A DNA stretch of 64,000 nucleotides from Tubulanus polymorphus (GCF_964204645.1 NC_134027.1:13052485-13116484), one strand, 5' to 3'. Positions 12,273 through 26,220 are shown, numbered from the stretch's first letter. Numbers and translations are program-made. The notes: generated by a model from the letters alone, not told the origin.

Positions 12273-13660
12273 ATGGTAGATAGTTTTCCAAAAGCGTTTC
12301 AATATAATAAATCAATTAAATATAATATTCCTGCAATAGATTTTAATAACGATATTTCATATAGAAATGAAAATTTAAATTCATTAATTTATTTAGACAT
12401 TTATGTTACTGAAAGTACTAATTTTAATGCAAAGATAGAAAATATATTTCATGTATATATAATTAATTTTAAAAAATGAAAGATGAAAAACAATGGTTAT
12501 TAAAATCTAATATGAAGTATTGGCAGAACCAATTAAATTTTGCTGTTTATTGTGCAACAACAGGATGTGGAATAAGTTGGAATGATCATTTGAATAATTC
12601 TAAATATAAATTAATTCAAAGTTTATTTAGATTCCATACATGCTTTCAAATGAGATAAATATTAAATGAATTAGAGACCCCTTTACCAGGATCTAGATAT
12701 TTTAAAGAATTAGATAATGATATTAATTTATCAAAGTTTTATAAAATTTGTAATGAATTTAATATAGATATAAATAATTCTGATTTTAGAACAAAACTTG
12801 GAACAATAAGATCACTTCCTTGCCCTAAAAAGATTGCAGAATATTGTACACTTCCCATACCATCTAATAGTTTTTATAATATCTATAATAATAATTTAGG
12901 TTATGGTAAAATAGAAAGTAAGGATTAAGAAACATTAAATTTTAATAAATTACCGAAATTCTATGATAATTTAAAACAAGAAAACAATAATGGTTGGGTT
13001 TATTTTATTTTAGAAAATAGTGAAGGTTTTACTAAATCGGGTATACAAAGAATAAATCAATCAATTAGAACTTATTTTATTTGCATACTAGGCGCTCAAG
13101 TTGAAACAAGAACCCCGATAATTGGATATTTAAATACATCATTTTATACACAAAAACAATTTAAAGTTTTATTTGAAGATTCAATTCATAATGATAAAAA
13201 TAGATCGATTCCAGAAAACATAGTAAGATATCAAAATTATGTAGATAAATCACATGTAAGATTAAATGATTGTATTGGTCCTAATTTATTAATTATTTCT
13301 GATGATTTAATATTAAAGATGGGAAATATTATTGGTTATAATATTTTAATTAAGACTGCAACAATAAATAATAAGTTTGGATTGAATGACATAAATAAAA
13401 AGATTATTTCTGCTCCAAAACTAATGGAAGATGAAAAAATTAAAAAACATATTCAATCAACAGAAACTAAAACTAAGAATATTGAATTGGACAATGATTC
13501 TAAAATAAAAGATTACAATACATCAGAAAATATAAAAACTGATATTATTCAACATGATATAATTAAAACTAACAATCATAATAAAACCCATGAAAATACT
13601 AACTCAGCTATTATTTGTATAGGAATTGTAATAGGAGGAATATTATATTTTAAATTTTGA
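12273..13660 (+). pseudogene. Polinton-like virus protein with C-terminal TM anchor, disrupted
   Basis: WQNQLNFAVYCATTGCGIS, FRFH, SEGFTKSGIQRINQSIRTY.. across several stops; C-terminal SAIICIGIVIGGILYF. Confidence 0.6.
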
Positions 13661-13675
13661 TTTTTCATTATATAA

Positions 13676-15598
13676 ATGGAAGAAGATATTCCAATGGATA
13701 CTTTTGATGAACCCGGTATAACTGATGAACCACAACCTGAATTTAATGAAACTAATATTGATAATGATGATGGATCAGCATATAATAATAATTTAAATAA
13801 TGATGAAGACATATAATTCTAGTTTAGCTGATGAAGATGATGGTGTAATTGATTACGAAATGCGTGAAAAATTTAAAGAATATATGACAGCTCCCGAAAG
13901 GGAAGTTATTAAACCCGTAACATTTAGAAAAGATTTAATGAATAAATTAGTAAATACAACTAATCCTTATTTGAAAAATCAATTATATGGAATGAAACAT
14001 AGAGTAATAGATACAATTGTTAACGAATTATTACCAAAAGATGTAATAGATAAAGTTGATACAGAAGATATTGTAATGCAAATTGAAAAAGATGATCCAC
14101 ATTTCATGAATAATTTAGAATTTAAAAATGATGCATGGTTTTATAATGTTGAATTAAATAACAAAACTGCATCAATAAAATTATCAAGAATGGGTCAAGA
14201 TAATATTTTTGAACCTGGAATGCGAGCAAGATCTACAATTGAACGTTCAAAAGGTGGTTCAGAATTTCTCAGAATTATATGGAATGCACTCGATAGAATA
14301 AATGAAGAAGAACCAAATGTTGGTATTGATATTAACAAATATTCACCATTCAAAAATCCAAATTTAAATTCTTCTTATGTTGATCCAGAACTGAAAGAGT
14401 ATGGAGATCGATTAGACAAATTAAGAACTTCAACACCAGAAACATCGAGAAGAGATATTCAACAAATTGATAATGATTCAAGTCAATTACAATTAGTAAA
14501 ACATTTTGATAGCATGTTAGATACAGTTCATTCATTTGAAGAAGAGATGAATAGTGTTTTAGATACACCTGGTATTGAAACTGGAACAAATCGAATGCAA
14601 TCTTTATTAAAAAAGGATTACTTGATTTAAATGAAGCACAATTAAAAATATTTCCTGAACAAGCACGTAGAGAAATTAAAGGTATGCAAGAATCAGCTGG
14701 TGAAATTGCTAAAATATTAGCAATTTCACCAGCTCATTCTTGATGAGATTTTCTAAAATAACCATGAAAAAGAATTAACTGATGCAAATGAAGAATTAAA
14801 ACAATTAGAATTAAATAAAGATCTTCAAGTTATTGATGAAGCTGAATATGAAAGCAGAAAGTCAGCTTTAGAAAAAGAAATGATTTAAAATATATCAAAG
14901 AATTACAGGAAAAAGAAAGAGATATATTATTGAAATCATATGTTATCATAAGTTATTTTTAAAGATTTAATAATAAAACCAGATTCTAAAATATCCTTGA
15001 AAGACAGAATGAAATTATTATTTAAACTAGAAGGTATAACAATTCTTTCAATTCTAACAGCTGTAACTATGGTATTCACAACAATAGGTTTAGCTATATC
15101 AAATTCATTAAAATCTACACCAAATCCTAATAAACCGGATAAACCCCCAAATGTCTAAAAGTTGTTTCTAAAGATTTAATAATAAAACCGGATTCAAAAC
15201 TATCATTAAAAGATAGAATAAAATTATTATTTAAATTAGAAGGTATCACAATTCTTTCAATTCTAACAGCTGTAACTATGATATTTACAACAATAGGTTT
15301 AGCAATATCAAATTCATTAAAATCTACGCCTACACCTAATAAACCAGATAAACCACCAAATAATCATTCTATACAAGATAAAGTTAAAGATGGTTTAAAG
15401 AAATTAGCAAAATATCTATGGGAATTATCTAAAAAATCTGCTGCAGCTTTCCCCGGAGTTATAGCATCAATTGTTGGTTTTGTTTTAAAATCTGCTGGGA
15501 ATGTTCTTAACTTTTCTGCTGAACATATTATTTTATTTCTAATTACAGTTGTAAGTGCTATTATTTTTGGGTTAGTGAATATGGTAAAAAATAAATGA
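13676..15598 (+). pseudogene. Large coiled-coil viral protein with C-terminal membrane helices, disrupted; ~205-bp internal tandem duplication
   Basis: Acidic N-terminus MEEDIPMDTF, ORF fragments 13800-14630 and 15278-15598; LFKLEGITILSILTAV repeated at ~15020 and ~15230. Confidence 0.6.
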
Positions 15599-15618
15599 TT
15601 AATTTTTTTGTTAAATAA

Positions 15619-16157
15619 ATGAGTGGGAGTTATACAGATCCTTCTAAGAATTCAAGAATATCTAATACTATTAAAGCAGAGAGATCTCATCATATAATTA
15701 CTCATAATCCTTCTAATATTAATCCCGATGAAACTTTATATGTTAGATATCCCTCGATTAAAAAAAAAATACTTTTTATGTTCCAAATAGTATTTATATA
15801 TCAGCTGATATAAAAGTAACTGGTAATAATAATAATTATGTTGTTGATAATGTTGGAAGATATTGGATTATAAAATTAACAATAAAGATTGGACCAGAAA
15901 CAGTTTTTTCATTAGATGATTATAATTTGTTTTATTTGTTTGATTTATGGTTAACAAAAGAAAATAGAAATAATATGATATTTCAAGGCATCCAATCAGA
16001 AAACCAAAATAAATTAAGATCTGAAGCTAATAATGCAGTAGTAACTAATGCTACAGATAATTTGATAAAAAAGATTTATGGAAGCAAATATAAAATTCCA
16101 TTAGACTTCGAATTGATAAATAATAATGCACCTTCATATAAATATGCTATACAAGAA
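15619..16157 (+). pseudogene. Major capsid protein (double jelly-roll) N-terminal part, truncated
   Basis: HIITHNPSNINPDETLYVR.P, VVDNVGR..I.KLTIKIG, DLWLT, YGSKYKIPLDFELI; last gene of the structural cluster; family assignment by pattern only. Confidence 0.65.
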
Positions 16158-16292
16158 GCGGTTCCTGAACTTCGCTGAAAAAGCTGAAACACTGAAAAGC
16201 TGAAATAAAAACGCTGAAATTTCAGGGAATTTCCGAAAAACGCCGAAATTTCAGGGAATTCCCGAAAACGCTGAAATCGTGCTAGGTACCGC
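16158..16292. mobile_element. Small MITE-like insert at the capsid truncation point
   Basis: Ends GCGGTTCCT / AGGTACCGC; internal GCTGAAA repeats in both orientations; more GC-rich than its flanks. Confidence 0.6.
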
Positions 16293-16439
16293 GCAATGTT
16301 TATAAACATTGTTAAATAATATAAATAAGATATAATAAGATAGATAATAATTATTATCATAGAATGATCGCTCAACTTAAATTATGAATTAGATATAAAC
16401 AAAGATGATTTTATAAACTTACTAGAAACAAAATTAGAA

Positions 16440-16990
16440 AAATTAATATATCTATGTACTAGACGTACGTAAGAATCCAAGAATCCAAGAATTCTTACTT
16501 TCTTACTCGTACCTCTTGTACTTAGATATATAAATTAGTTTTTATAAAATTTAAAAATGTAAATTATCAATCTAAGTATAGAAATAATTATAATATAATC
16601 TATTTTTTATTTCTATTAAGTGAAAACATATAATTATCTCACATAATATATTTTTAATTACTACAAATCTATTTATTAATATATGTACTAGAGGTACGAG
16701 TAAGAATCCAAGAATCCAAGAATTCTTACTTTCTTACTCGTACGTCTAGTACATACATATATAAATTAGTTTTTTTTAATTAAAAATGTAAATTATTAAT
16801 TGAAGTATAGAAATAGTTATAACATAATCTATTTCTTATTTTTGTTAAGTGAAAACATAAAATTTATTCATTTTTATAAAACTAAGTACGAGAGGTACGA
16901 GTAAGAATCCAAGAATTCTAACTTTATTACTTTCTTGGCAAGAATGTTGGTTTCGTACTCGTACTACTCGTACATAGATATATAAATAGT
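16440..16990. repeat. Three ~90-100-bp imperfect palindromes spaced ~200-240 bp apart
   Basis: Core GTACTAGA(C/G)GTACG(AG)TAAG...CTTACTCGTAC(G)TCTAGTAC at ~16455, ~16685 and ~16885. Confidence 0.85.
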
Positions 16991-17269
16991 TATTTTAAAA
17001 AAGGGGGTTTAAAGCATTTAGGTATCTAATACGTATTTAATACGCATTAGATACGTATTTAAGTATTTATGTATCTAATATGTATTAATCTAAATAACCT
17101 TTATTATTTTCAAACTTAGTTGAAAAAATAAAAATATATTAGTTGAAAAATTAAAATAAATAAAATATTTCAAAAAAGGGGGTTTTAAGTATTGATGTAT
17201 CTAATACGTATCAAATACGTACCTAATACGTATCTATTACGTACCTAATACATAAATGCTTAAAATACC

Positions 17270-17871
17270 TTATTTTATAAATTCATATCCATAAGGAAAT
17301 TGTAGTCTCAGAAGCAATTTGGAACCTTTATTACGTTTTAATTTATTCATATATTCATCATGTAATTCAGTAGGTATAATTTGATTTTCTTCCAAAGATT
17401 GTTGCATTGATATTGTAGAATAAAACTAAAAATCTAATATTCTTCCTAAAGTCTTTAACAATTGAATTATATTTTTGATTTGAAACCAATGTTGTTATGC
17501 CAAAATGTCTCCCAGAGAAAGCTACATAACATAACTCACTTTCTCTAACTTTTGAATCATGTAAATTAGCACAATCATCTATAATGAATAATGTATTTGA
17601 TCCTTTATAAATATCAATAGCTATTTTTATACAATTATCTAGATTTTCTTTTACTGTTTTAGGATCTAATATAATAAACTTTTTTATCTTAACTAAACCC
17701 CTATTATATGTTTTATTCATTTCATAAGTGGGGCAGAATAATATTATATTATCAAAATGATTCTTATAAATAGTTTCTAACAAGTCTAATATGAAATGTG
17801 TTTTACCACAGTTGGTTACCCCAGTAACTAACATATTAATGCGGTTCAAATATAAATAAATCTTTATTCAT
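17270..17871 (-). pseudogene. A32/FtsK-like DNA packaging ATPase, frameshifted
   Basis: Walker A GVTNCGKT, Walker B FIIDD, SGRH; near-identical to 62772-63383. Confidence 0.9.
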
Positions 17872-18545
17872 TTATTCTTTTAATTTTACTAGATAAAATC
17901 CATTCATTGAATTTTGTCATCGTACCCTTTATATTTCACCAGAGAATACTTTTTTCCTTTAAGAGTTTTTGTTTTCAATACTTTTTCTATTTTGTATTCT
18001 ATTTCATCTGGATTTGGTACAAGTGATAATTCTTGTTCATAGAAATAACCTAATATTTCTTCATCTTTTAAATCTTCTAGTTTATAAACAAAAGGTTTAG
18101 TTAATATTATCTTTTTAATCTTAAATATTTCTTCAGTAAAATTTGGAGTATAACCTTTATAAAATGTTTTTCTATATTTAGATATTCTAACATGTTGTCC
18201 AATTTTAAACTTAGGTTCACCAAAATCATGTGATACAAACGCACCATATAAATTATTCCAAACTATTTCTGAATTATCTTCTTTTCTAGCATGTATAGGT
18301 TTCATACCAATACTTGAATGTTTAGAATTATTATAACCTTTCACTAAATCATCTAATACATCGATATATTTATATGTTTCATTAGCAGTAAAATGTTTCC
18401 ACATTCTAGTTTTCAATGTTTTATTAAATCTTTTTATAATAGATGCTTTTTGATCCGAATGTGTTGAAAAATATTCTACATCGTTATCAGATAATAATTT
18501 TTTCAAATGTTTATTATAAAATTCCTTACCTTCATCAAATTGTAT
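17864..18545 (-). pseudogene. Polinton retroviral-like integrase with chromodomain, 5'-truncated
   Basis: QFDEGKEF, KASII(K/E)RFNKTLK, YNNSKHSSI, F.KGYTPNFTEEIF, GYFYEQEL, YKIEKVLK...LVKYKGY. Confidence 0.9.
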
Positions 18546-20030
18546 TATAACAGCCAGGAACGATGCCTTTAAACTCAGTCGGCCTTAATGATCTTTGAAC
18601 CGGTTCATAACGGATGCAGTTAGGCCTAATCGATCGTTCGAGTTTCCGACGTGTGGGGACCAGAAGAGCTGTTATTCGCAGATTCTTTGACACACCTCCC
18701 AGCGCCACATCTGCAAGATGGACAACCTCACACCTAAGACCTCGGTTTAATCCTAGAGAAATAAATGAATCATAAGAGATATTTATAAGAATATCAACAC
18801 ACCATTTATTCACTACCGACAACTATGGCGGCTTAATATACAACAGAATAAACCATTTATAATTGTTAACTAGACTTATAAAAGCACCATTACATTCATA
18901 GTTTCACTCTACTTACGAATGTAGCACACACAGACTAATATAGGGCAGCCATATTGATCTTCAAAGAATAACTATAATTGATACCTTTATACACCATCCT
19001 ACGCGCTTTAACCCAGCTGCATATAATGTCAATAATAACGTTAAGTTAATAATGTAAATAATAACAACACGCTTACCTAGAGAAATAAATGAATCATAAG
19101 ATATATTTATAAGAATATCAACACACCATTTATTCACTACCGACAACTATGGCGGCTTATTATACAACAGAATTAACCGCCAAAAGTAGTACCAAGTGCC
19201 CTGGTGGCAGCACTGTATGGTAAGCAATTAAATACAGAAACCGGGAGTCGAATAATGTGCTTAATACTTGCCTACCACATTCTCCCCCTAGTTAAAATAT
19301 ATCGCCCCGATATCAGATCAGCTTAATTTAGCTAAACCTACACGTACGGAATATAAACACATGAGCTAAAACCTTTAAATGTCAAGAGCCACAATCAATT
19401 AATTTTAAACAAGATTCTTACTCAAACCAAACAAATTAATCAAAATCAATACATCTGAACTCTCCTCCCTTACGAAGGAAAGAAAATCTGACCCAAGATC
19501 CAATGATTCACATCAGTAATAGACAACGAAACTACAAAATTTTACTGTTTTTTTTTAAATTCCAGATAAAACAACAACAATTTAAAAACAAATCCAAAAT
19601 TTAGCAATGCAAATTAACCACGATCCTGAAGCATAGACGCAAGTGCAGACAAAGCAGAATTTCCCGCAACACTAGGATCCTTGCTTCTTGTAATTAACCA
19701 CTCTGCTCTAACCTTCCAGGAATCCTTAGACACGTTTGACTGATTCACGACGTAATCACCAGAAGTTAACCAATCAGGAGGTCATCTATCTCTAACACTT
19801 CTTCTAGGAGCTTCCGGACTCCGATCTCCATGAGCCACAATCTCGTCCGCCTCACTTTCGGAACTCGAGTCGCTACTGGATTCATCAACTTCATGCAGAG
19901 TACGTACACGACCACCACCAATCGGTTCAACAACATATACAGGAACATCAGGAGACACTCTCCGCTTAACCTCGTACGGCGTTGATTCCCATCTATCGGC
20001 TATCTTGTGTTTCTCTTTGAGAACCCACTC
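18541..20030 (-). mobile_element. 3' end of another Gypsy element: LTR (18541-19279), PPT and integrase C-terminal tail
   Basis: TGT...ACA ends; PPT AGGGGGAGAA (plus 19280-19289); minus frame KWESTPYEV...VPVYVV...RTLH and RRSVRDR*PPDWL; ~95-bp direct repeat at 18753/19077. Confidence 0.7.
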
Positions 20031-20039
20031 TCCTGACTC

Positions 20040-21205
20040 TTGAATCTGACAGGGCCAGTTTTTTGGCTGAAGATGTGTCTAGGACAACACTAGTTAAAAC
20101 CAGCTCCACCTGGTGGTGAATCACCGATAATAACAAAATATGCCTCGTGACCAATTTAATATGGAAATACAAAGTTATTCTACAATTCAACGCCCAAATG
20201 TTCAAAACCCAATGACCTCGAAACTCACCACAATCATAGAACATGTCATGGTTTACAACTTTGCAATTGATCATGGTAACAAAATATGCCTAGGTAACAA
20301 TATAATAAGGAAATACTAAGTTATTCTAATATTCAACGCCCCCTGGTGACCATATAGAATAACTAATGTCCTTAAAACTCGCAACAATCATAGATGATGT
20401 CATGAGCTACAACTTTCCAATTGATTGTGGTTACAAAATATGCACAGGTACGAATATAATAAAGAAATGCTAAGATATTGTATTATTCAACGCCCTCTGG
20501 TGGCCATATACAAAATCCAATGACCTTGAAACTCACCACAATCATAGAACACGTTATGAGCTACAACTTTCTTATTGATTGTGGTACCAAAATATGCTTA
20601 GGTATCAGTATAATGTGGAAAAACTTTTTCCCACTTACGAATTAATACTGATGACACCAAGATGGCCGCCAATTGCGTCATAATTGGCTGATGAAAAATA
20701 CCTGTCTCAGGTATAAAACATCCCTTTCCAAAGAATACCCATCACAAATTGCAATGAGAAATGGCAAACCAGTAGGAAGCTACAGGATTCAGAATTCGGG
20801 CTAAAATTAACATTTTTGGGCACTAAAAAGGTCATAGGACGGCCATCTTGATTCCGATCAACCCAATTTTAGATTCACATATATCCGAAAGATCAAAGTA
20901 ATTGATCAAAGCGTCTTCAAAATTTCCCTCAAAAAGTTCAAAAATGTGTAAAAAGTGCTGATTTTGGCGAACAACAATGGCTGCCAGTCGGCCATCTTGA
21001 TTTTGACAGGGCCAGTTTTTGGGCTGAAGGTGTGTCTAGGGTAGATACATGTGTAACCCAAATATCAAGACATTCCCTTGAAGCGTCTTCAAAACTTCCC
21101 AAAATAACTGGATTCCGTCTACGGACGGACAGACGGACGGGCGGACGACGGACGAAAAGGGAACGCAATAGCCCGCTGGGACTGAAGTCCCAAGTGGGCT
21201 AAAAA
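20040..21205 (+). mobile_element. Non-autonomous Helentron-like (DINE-1/HINE-type) element with ~150-bp internal tandem repeats
   Basis: (ACGG)n-type microsatellite followed by the terminal stem-loop agcccgctgggac...gtcccaagtgggct plus an A-run; related copy at 33532-34154. Confidence 0.65.
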
Positions 21206-21271
21206 TTGGTACCTTGTTTAAATTTATATTGTCTTAATTAATTCATATATATTGTCTGAAAATTGCATTTT

Positions 21272-21923
21272 AGATACTTAGAAGATAATTACAGAACCAT
21301 TGAAGACGGATTGATTATTGGTGACAGTGGCTATGGTTGCTCATCGTACATAATGACACCATATTTGCGGCTAAGTAATCTAGGACAGGAGCGTTACAAC
21401 CGAGCACATACATCATCAAGGGTACAAATTGAAATGGCTTTTGGAAAATTAAAAAAACGTTTTTTGGTTATTATCAAATTGCTGGGAAGCAACTATGACT
21501 AGAATTCAACTTCCACTTTTCAAGAAATACATTTGTTTTAGGTTTTTACGATGCAACGATTAAATCGCGATTTTCAATTTCCTTGAAAAAACCGATACAT
21601 ACTTCAAGGGGATAAACAATTAATTGCAGTTGATTAACTGATTGAGAATCTATCAGACAATCAAATCAACTATAGAGAAATAGGATACTAATTTTTCTAT
21701 ACATTATTTTCAGGTTCTTCATGGTGAACTGCAATTGAAACCAGCATGTTGTTGTCATGTAATTGCGGCGTGCTTTGTGTTGCATAATCTAGCCATAGAA
21801 TTTGGAGAACCCGACATGGAATATGAATCACAACAACAAATTCCGATTTGGTTGGAGCCGTATGAAGGACGAGATATTGGCAATGCTTTGAGGATTCATA
21901 TTGTGCAGACTTTTTTCAGATAA
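21272..21923 (+). pseudogene. Second Harbinger transposase, C-terminal exons only
   Basis: IIGDSGY, MTPY, YNRAH...IEMAFGKLKKRF, ACFVLHNLA. Confidence 0.85.
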
Positions 21924-22139
21924 CTGGTGCGTTTTTAGTTTGGATTTCTGAGGAAAACAAGAAAGCTCATATCCGTTAAATATAATCTATTCATATAATT
22001 AAACTCTTAACTTTGAAAAATGTCGAAAAAGACAAATATCTGAAAATCATTAAACATATAATCATTGAACGGATGAATTTTGGAAGCCTGTTGGCTGGTA
22101 AAAATAAGACAAACATGTATCTTATTTGTTAAATCATTG

Positions 22140-23130
22140 TTTATTAACAACTTTTACGCCATTCTCCTGCTGCAGTAAATATATTTCCAAAATTATCTTT
22201 TCATTTTAAAGTTCCAAGTTGGTATTTGTCAAACGCAATCTTTCACTATCTAATTTCAGATTTTCGTATTGAACCCGCCGAATCATATCCTTACACGGAT
22301 TTGTTGAGGAATCGTTGATTTGTCAGAAGTGGTCCCCATATCTGTAAATACAATTTTATTAAACCGTTACAATAAATATTACATGTTTATCTATAAGGCA
22401 TTTATTGTATATTTCATTTTTTCATCTATGAACGACATACCATTACGTACCTTCTTGCAGTCATTTGATGTTGTGGTGTAACTTGTTTTAGAGACATTCG
22501 TGAGTTGCTGAGGTACTGTGAAAAAGGGAATCAAGATTGAAATATTTGAATTGATCCATTCATGGAACAAAGCTAAAGCTGGTGGTTTTTGCATAGTATT
22601 CATGTGACAATCGCATATTACATAAGAAAGAATATAATATGCAATACAATACATATAATCAGCTAGGCCTACCTTCAGTTAGGCCTAAGATTGGTCTTTC
22701 ATCAGATTCTGGTTGTTTCGAAATTGTAGCTGTAGGCGGCAGACTGGTAATAGTAGACCTACTGTCAAAGCCTGAAATGTATGAATAAAATACATGCAGG
22801 CCTACCTGCGGACTACTACAAATATCTGCAGTTAAATATTTCGGCCTTCAAGATATAAAACTGTCAAAACTGTATATTGCTGTTTTAAATTTAATGATTC
22901 TTTGAGGGCGTCATTAAGAAAATAATGGGTTAATTTTTGTATATTAAACTTACGATCTGTTTCTACACTGGTATCGATTCCATGAAAAGAAGGACAGATG
23001 AAAAGATATTAACAGATTGCCGCAAAATGTCTTAAACTTTTAAGCTTATCTATTTTCACGATTGTTGGAAAAAATGCCACCAGGAAAAAATTATCTTGAA
23101 CTAACTTCAGAGCAACCGGCACCAGTACCC
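22140..23130 (-). pseudogene. Remnant of the convergent Myb/SANT partner gene of the second Harbinger
   Basis: Minus-strand PSFHGIDTSVET and VQYENLKL...NEKIILEIYLL resemble segments of the 7304-8741 gene. Confidence 0.55.
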
Positions 23131-23796
23131 TTAAAATATATATTCGATCCGAAGTAGCCGTCGATCAATGGGATACCGGCAACACGGCGCAACAAATTAA
23201 TTTAACATTTCCTTTCTCTCTCAGTATGGTATTGATTTCACTGAAAATTAATTTACTGATCAGACTTTTGACTGAAAGTCAGGCCCGTAGCAAGGAGTAA
23301 AATGGTGATGAAGCGGCCTTGGGATCAGATAGACGCCTTAATTAGAGAAAAAAACACCTTAAAGAAGTTTATTGAAATATAGAAGGAATTGAAGCACGGT
23401 AACCCAGTGCCACTAGCGACCCGGCGGATTATCGCTGAATCATCATTTGCTATCATTCCCTCTTATCAGTAGCCTTGCCGGTATCCCATTGGATGGTTGG
23501 AAAACCAGTTTGAATGTTGTCTCCATGATAAGGTGATAAGGCGACTTCAGTGAACAGAGGTTTTCTGTTCTTACGTGAATCTCGCTTTTCCAACATCAAA
23601 AAATGCGAAAAAATCAAAACAATTCTTACCTACGTACGACGGCAATGAATGCATTGGGAATGAGGAAGCTGAACAGCCGAAGGCAGCGGCCTCCACTGCT
23701 GGAAAGGTAATGTTTCTTTATATAATTTTTAGACCTCGCAAAATAGTGATGATCAGTGCTGTTTATTTAGTGAATATGATATCCTTATTTGCTGTG

Positions 23797-26110
23797 GTTG
23801 TAGGAAAAAAAATCGGTTAGCGGTTAAAATCCCCTTGGTAAAAATCCCTTGGTAAAAATCGCCTTGGTAAAAATCCCCTAGGTATATTTCCCCAATTCTT
23901 CAAAGTAGGAAAAAATCCCCCTTCTTCTGAATGGAGTGTAAGTAGACACAATCTTAAGCTCAATTAATTCATATTGTTGATACATATTTCTAATGTATTC
24001 ATATTTTACTGTGGAATGTCTAAATCTTGAATATCTAATGTATTCAAGGGGATTTTTACCTACAACCCTATATCCTGGGTTAAGATCCCCTGGCTCAAAA
24101 TCCCCTAGGTAAAATACCAAAATATTCACCGTAGGTAAAAATCCTCACTCGGTGAGTTTCAGGAACATTTCAAAGCAAAATGTTTCTCTTGTATTCATTT
24201 GAAATGTTTGAACTCGTGGTCGTTTGAACTGCGCAATGAAGTCTTTCGTTAGGATAAATTCTTAAGTAAACTCTTAGAATGAAATAAATTGTTAACATTG
24301 TGGTATATTTGAGCGGTGAACTGAAAAGATGGCCAAGGAAAAAATGGCCACGGAAAAAAGGCCAAGTAAGAGTAGATAGAAAACTAACTATCATTTCCTT
24401 ATCTAACACGAAATCAAATGCAATGATGTTTTGACTTATCACTTTTTGACATCATCCTGGATTAGTTTAGGTCAATTTACGATAATATTTGATTTTATCG
24501 GTTAGCGGTAAAAATCCCCTAGGTTAAAGTCCCCTTGGTAAAAATCCCCAATTCTTCAAAGTAGGTAAAAATCCCCCCTTCTTAATTTAGTGTTAGTAGA
24601 TACAATCTTAAGGTCAATTAATTCATATTATTTACACATATATCCAATTTATTATTGTGGAACATGATAACGATGTCATAAGTTTACAAACTATGGTATA
24701 TATACTATTTGAATTAAAAAATACTACAAAATTAACAGTTCATTAATACTAAATTATTACTGAAAGTTATCACCTAACCAGCCTAATAAAAGGGTTCATC
24801 GGACTTTTCAAATATATTATACTAGCTGGAATCTAAAATAGCTAGAATTAAAAGTTCATTATTGCTTATAATTCATGGCATTGCACCGCTAAAATTTACC
24901 CCAACAAGTCAACAAGAGTTCACAGTTCCAAAAAATTCTAGTTCGAATTTTAAGATATTACAAATGAAAAGTTCATTCATTCTAATTAATTCTAACAACT
25001 TATTTTATTCTAAGAGAATTCTTAAAGAATTTATCGCAACGAAATATTCGATTGCGCAGTTCAATCACATTTCAGTCTCATTGCAAATGAACAAAATTGG
25101 AGAAACATTTTGCTTCGAGATGTTCTTAAAAATCACCAATCAGGATTTTTACCTACTTTGAATATTTGGGGATTATTACCTAGGGGATTTTTACCCAGGG
25201 GATTTTCACCTAAAACCGATTTTGCTATATAAATTACCACACAATTTCAATGCATTTACCTTTGATAATTTAAGACGTCTGTGCCCTAAAAGCTTACTTT
25301 GATGTTTTGAAATATTAATTTAGTAAATTTATTAAGTTTAAGTTTATCACTATTAAGTTTAACCATTGACGGCTTGCATGATAGTTCTTAATATATTCAA
25401 TATATGTAAAAAAATCGAATGTAAGTTCTTCAAATTTCTGAACTCATTATACCGTACCGAATGGCCAAGGAAAAAATGGCCACGGAAAAAGGCCAAGGAA
25501 GATTAAATAGAAAACGAACCATCATTTCATTGACTAACAAGAAATCAAATGCATTGATGTTTTGACATGTCACTTTTTGAGATTACTAGACCTATTCCTG
25601 GATTAGTTTAGATAAATCTATGATGATCATATCTAACTTTGGTGTTATCAGACACTGCACCAGTTTGCTATATAAATTACCACACAATTTCAATGCATTT
25701 ACCTTTGATGATTTAAGACAGTCAGTGCCCGCTTACTTTGATGTTTTGAAATATTATTTTAATAGTTAATTTATTAAGTTTAAGTTTATCACTATTAAGT
25801 TTATCCGTTGCCCACTTGCATGATAGTTCTTTCATGATAGTTTTTGATATTCATTATATTTAATGGAATGAAATGTAAGTTCATAACATTTCTAAACTCA
25901 TTATACCGATTTAAATTGTTTTAACCCCATGAAAAAATAAATGATGTCATTAAATTGAAAGTTTTATTAACATTGTCAGTAGTTCTCGTAAATTTTCCGT
26001 GGCCATTTTTTCCTTGGCCAATTTTTCCTACGCAAATGCCTTGGCCATTTTTCCATGGCCATTTTTCCTGGCCATTTTTTCCTTGGCCATTTTTCCTACA
26101 TTCACCGATT
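23797..26110. repeat. Cluster of nested MITE-like elements with short subterminal repeats (GGTAAAAATCCCC and TGGCCAAGGAAAAAA families)
   Basis: Repeat units occur in inverted orientation at element ends (e.g. 24499-25219, 25461-26100); ~230-bp duplication at 25222/25664. Confidence 0.7.
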
Positions 26111-26220
26111 TTAATGGTTTTAAGCCCCGTATAAAGTAGATGATGTCATTAAATTGAGAGCTAAATGTATTATTAACATTTTCTGTATTATTAACATTGT
26201 CAGTAATTCTCATAAATCAT

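Larger units (their letters stand above)
9550..18545. mobile_element. Endogenous Polinton/Maverick-like virus, copy 1 (structural module on +; ATPase and integrase on -; internally deleted and decayed)
   Basis: Very AT-rich, intronless, tightly packed ORFs; integrase-chromodomain and A32-like ATPase nearly identical to copy 2; penton- and capsid-like ORFs. Confidence 0.88.

Noticed and set aside
9550-18545. Protein-primed DNA polymerase B and cysteine protease of the Polinton
   Set aside because: No polB or adenain motifs are visible in the window; they may be deleted or lie beyond 64000
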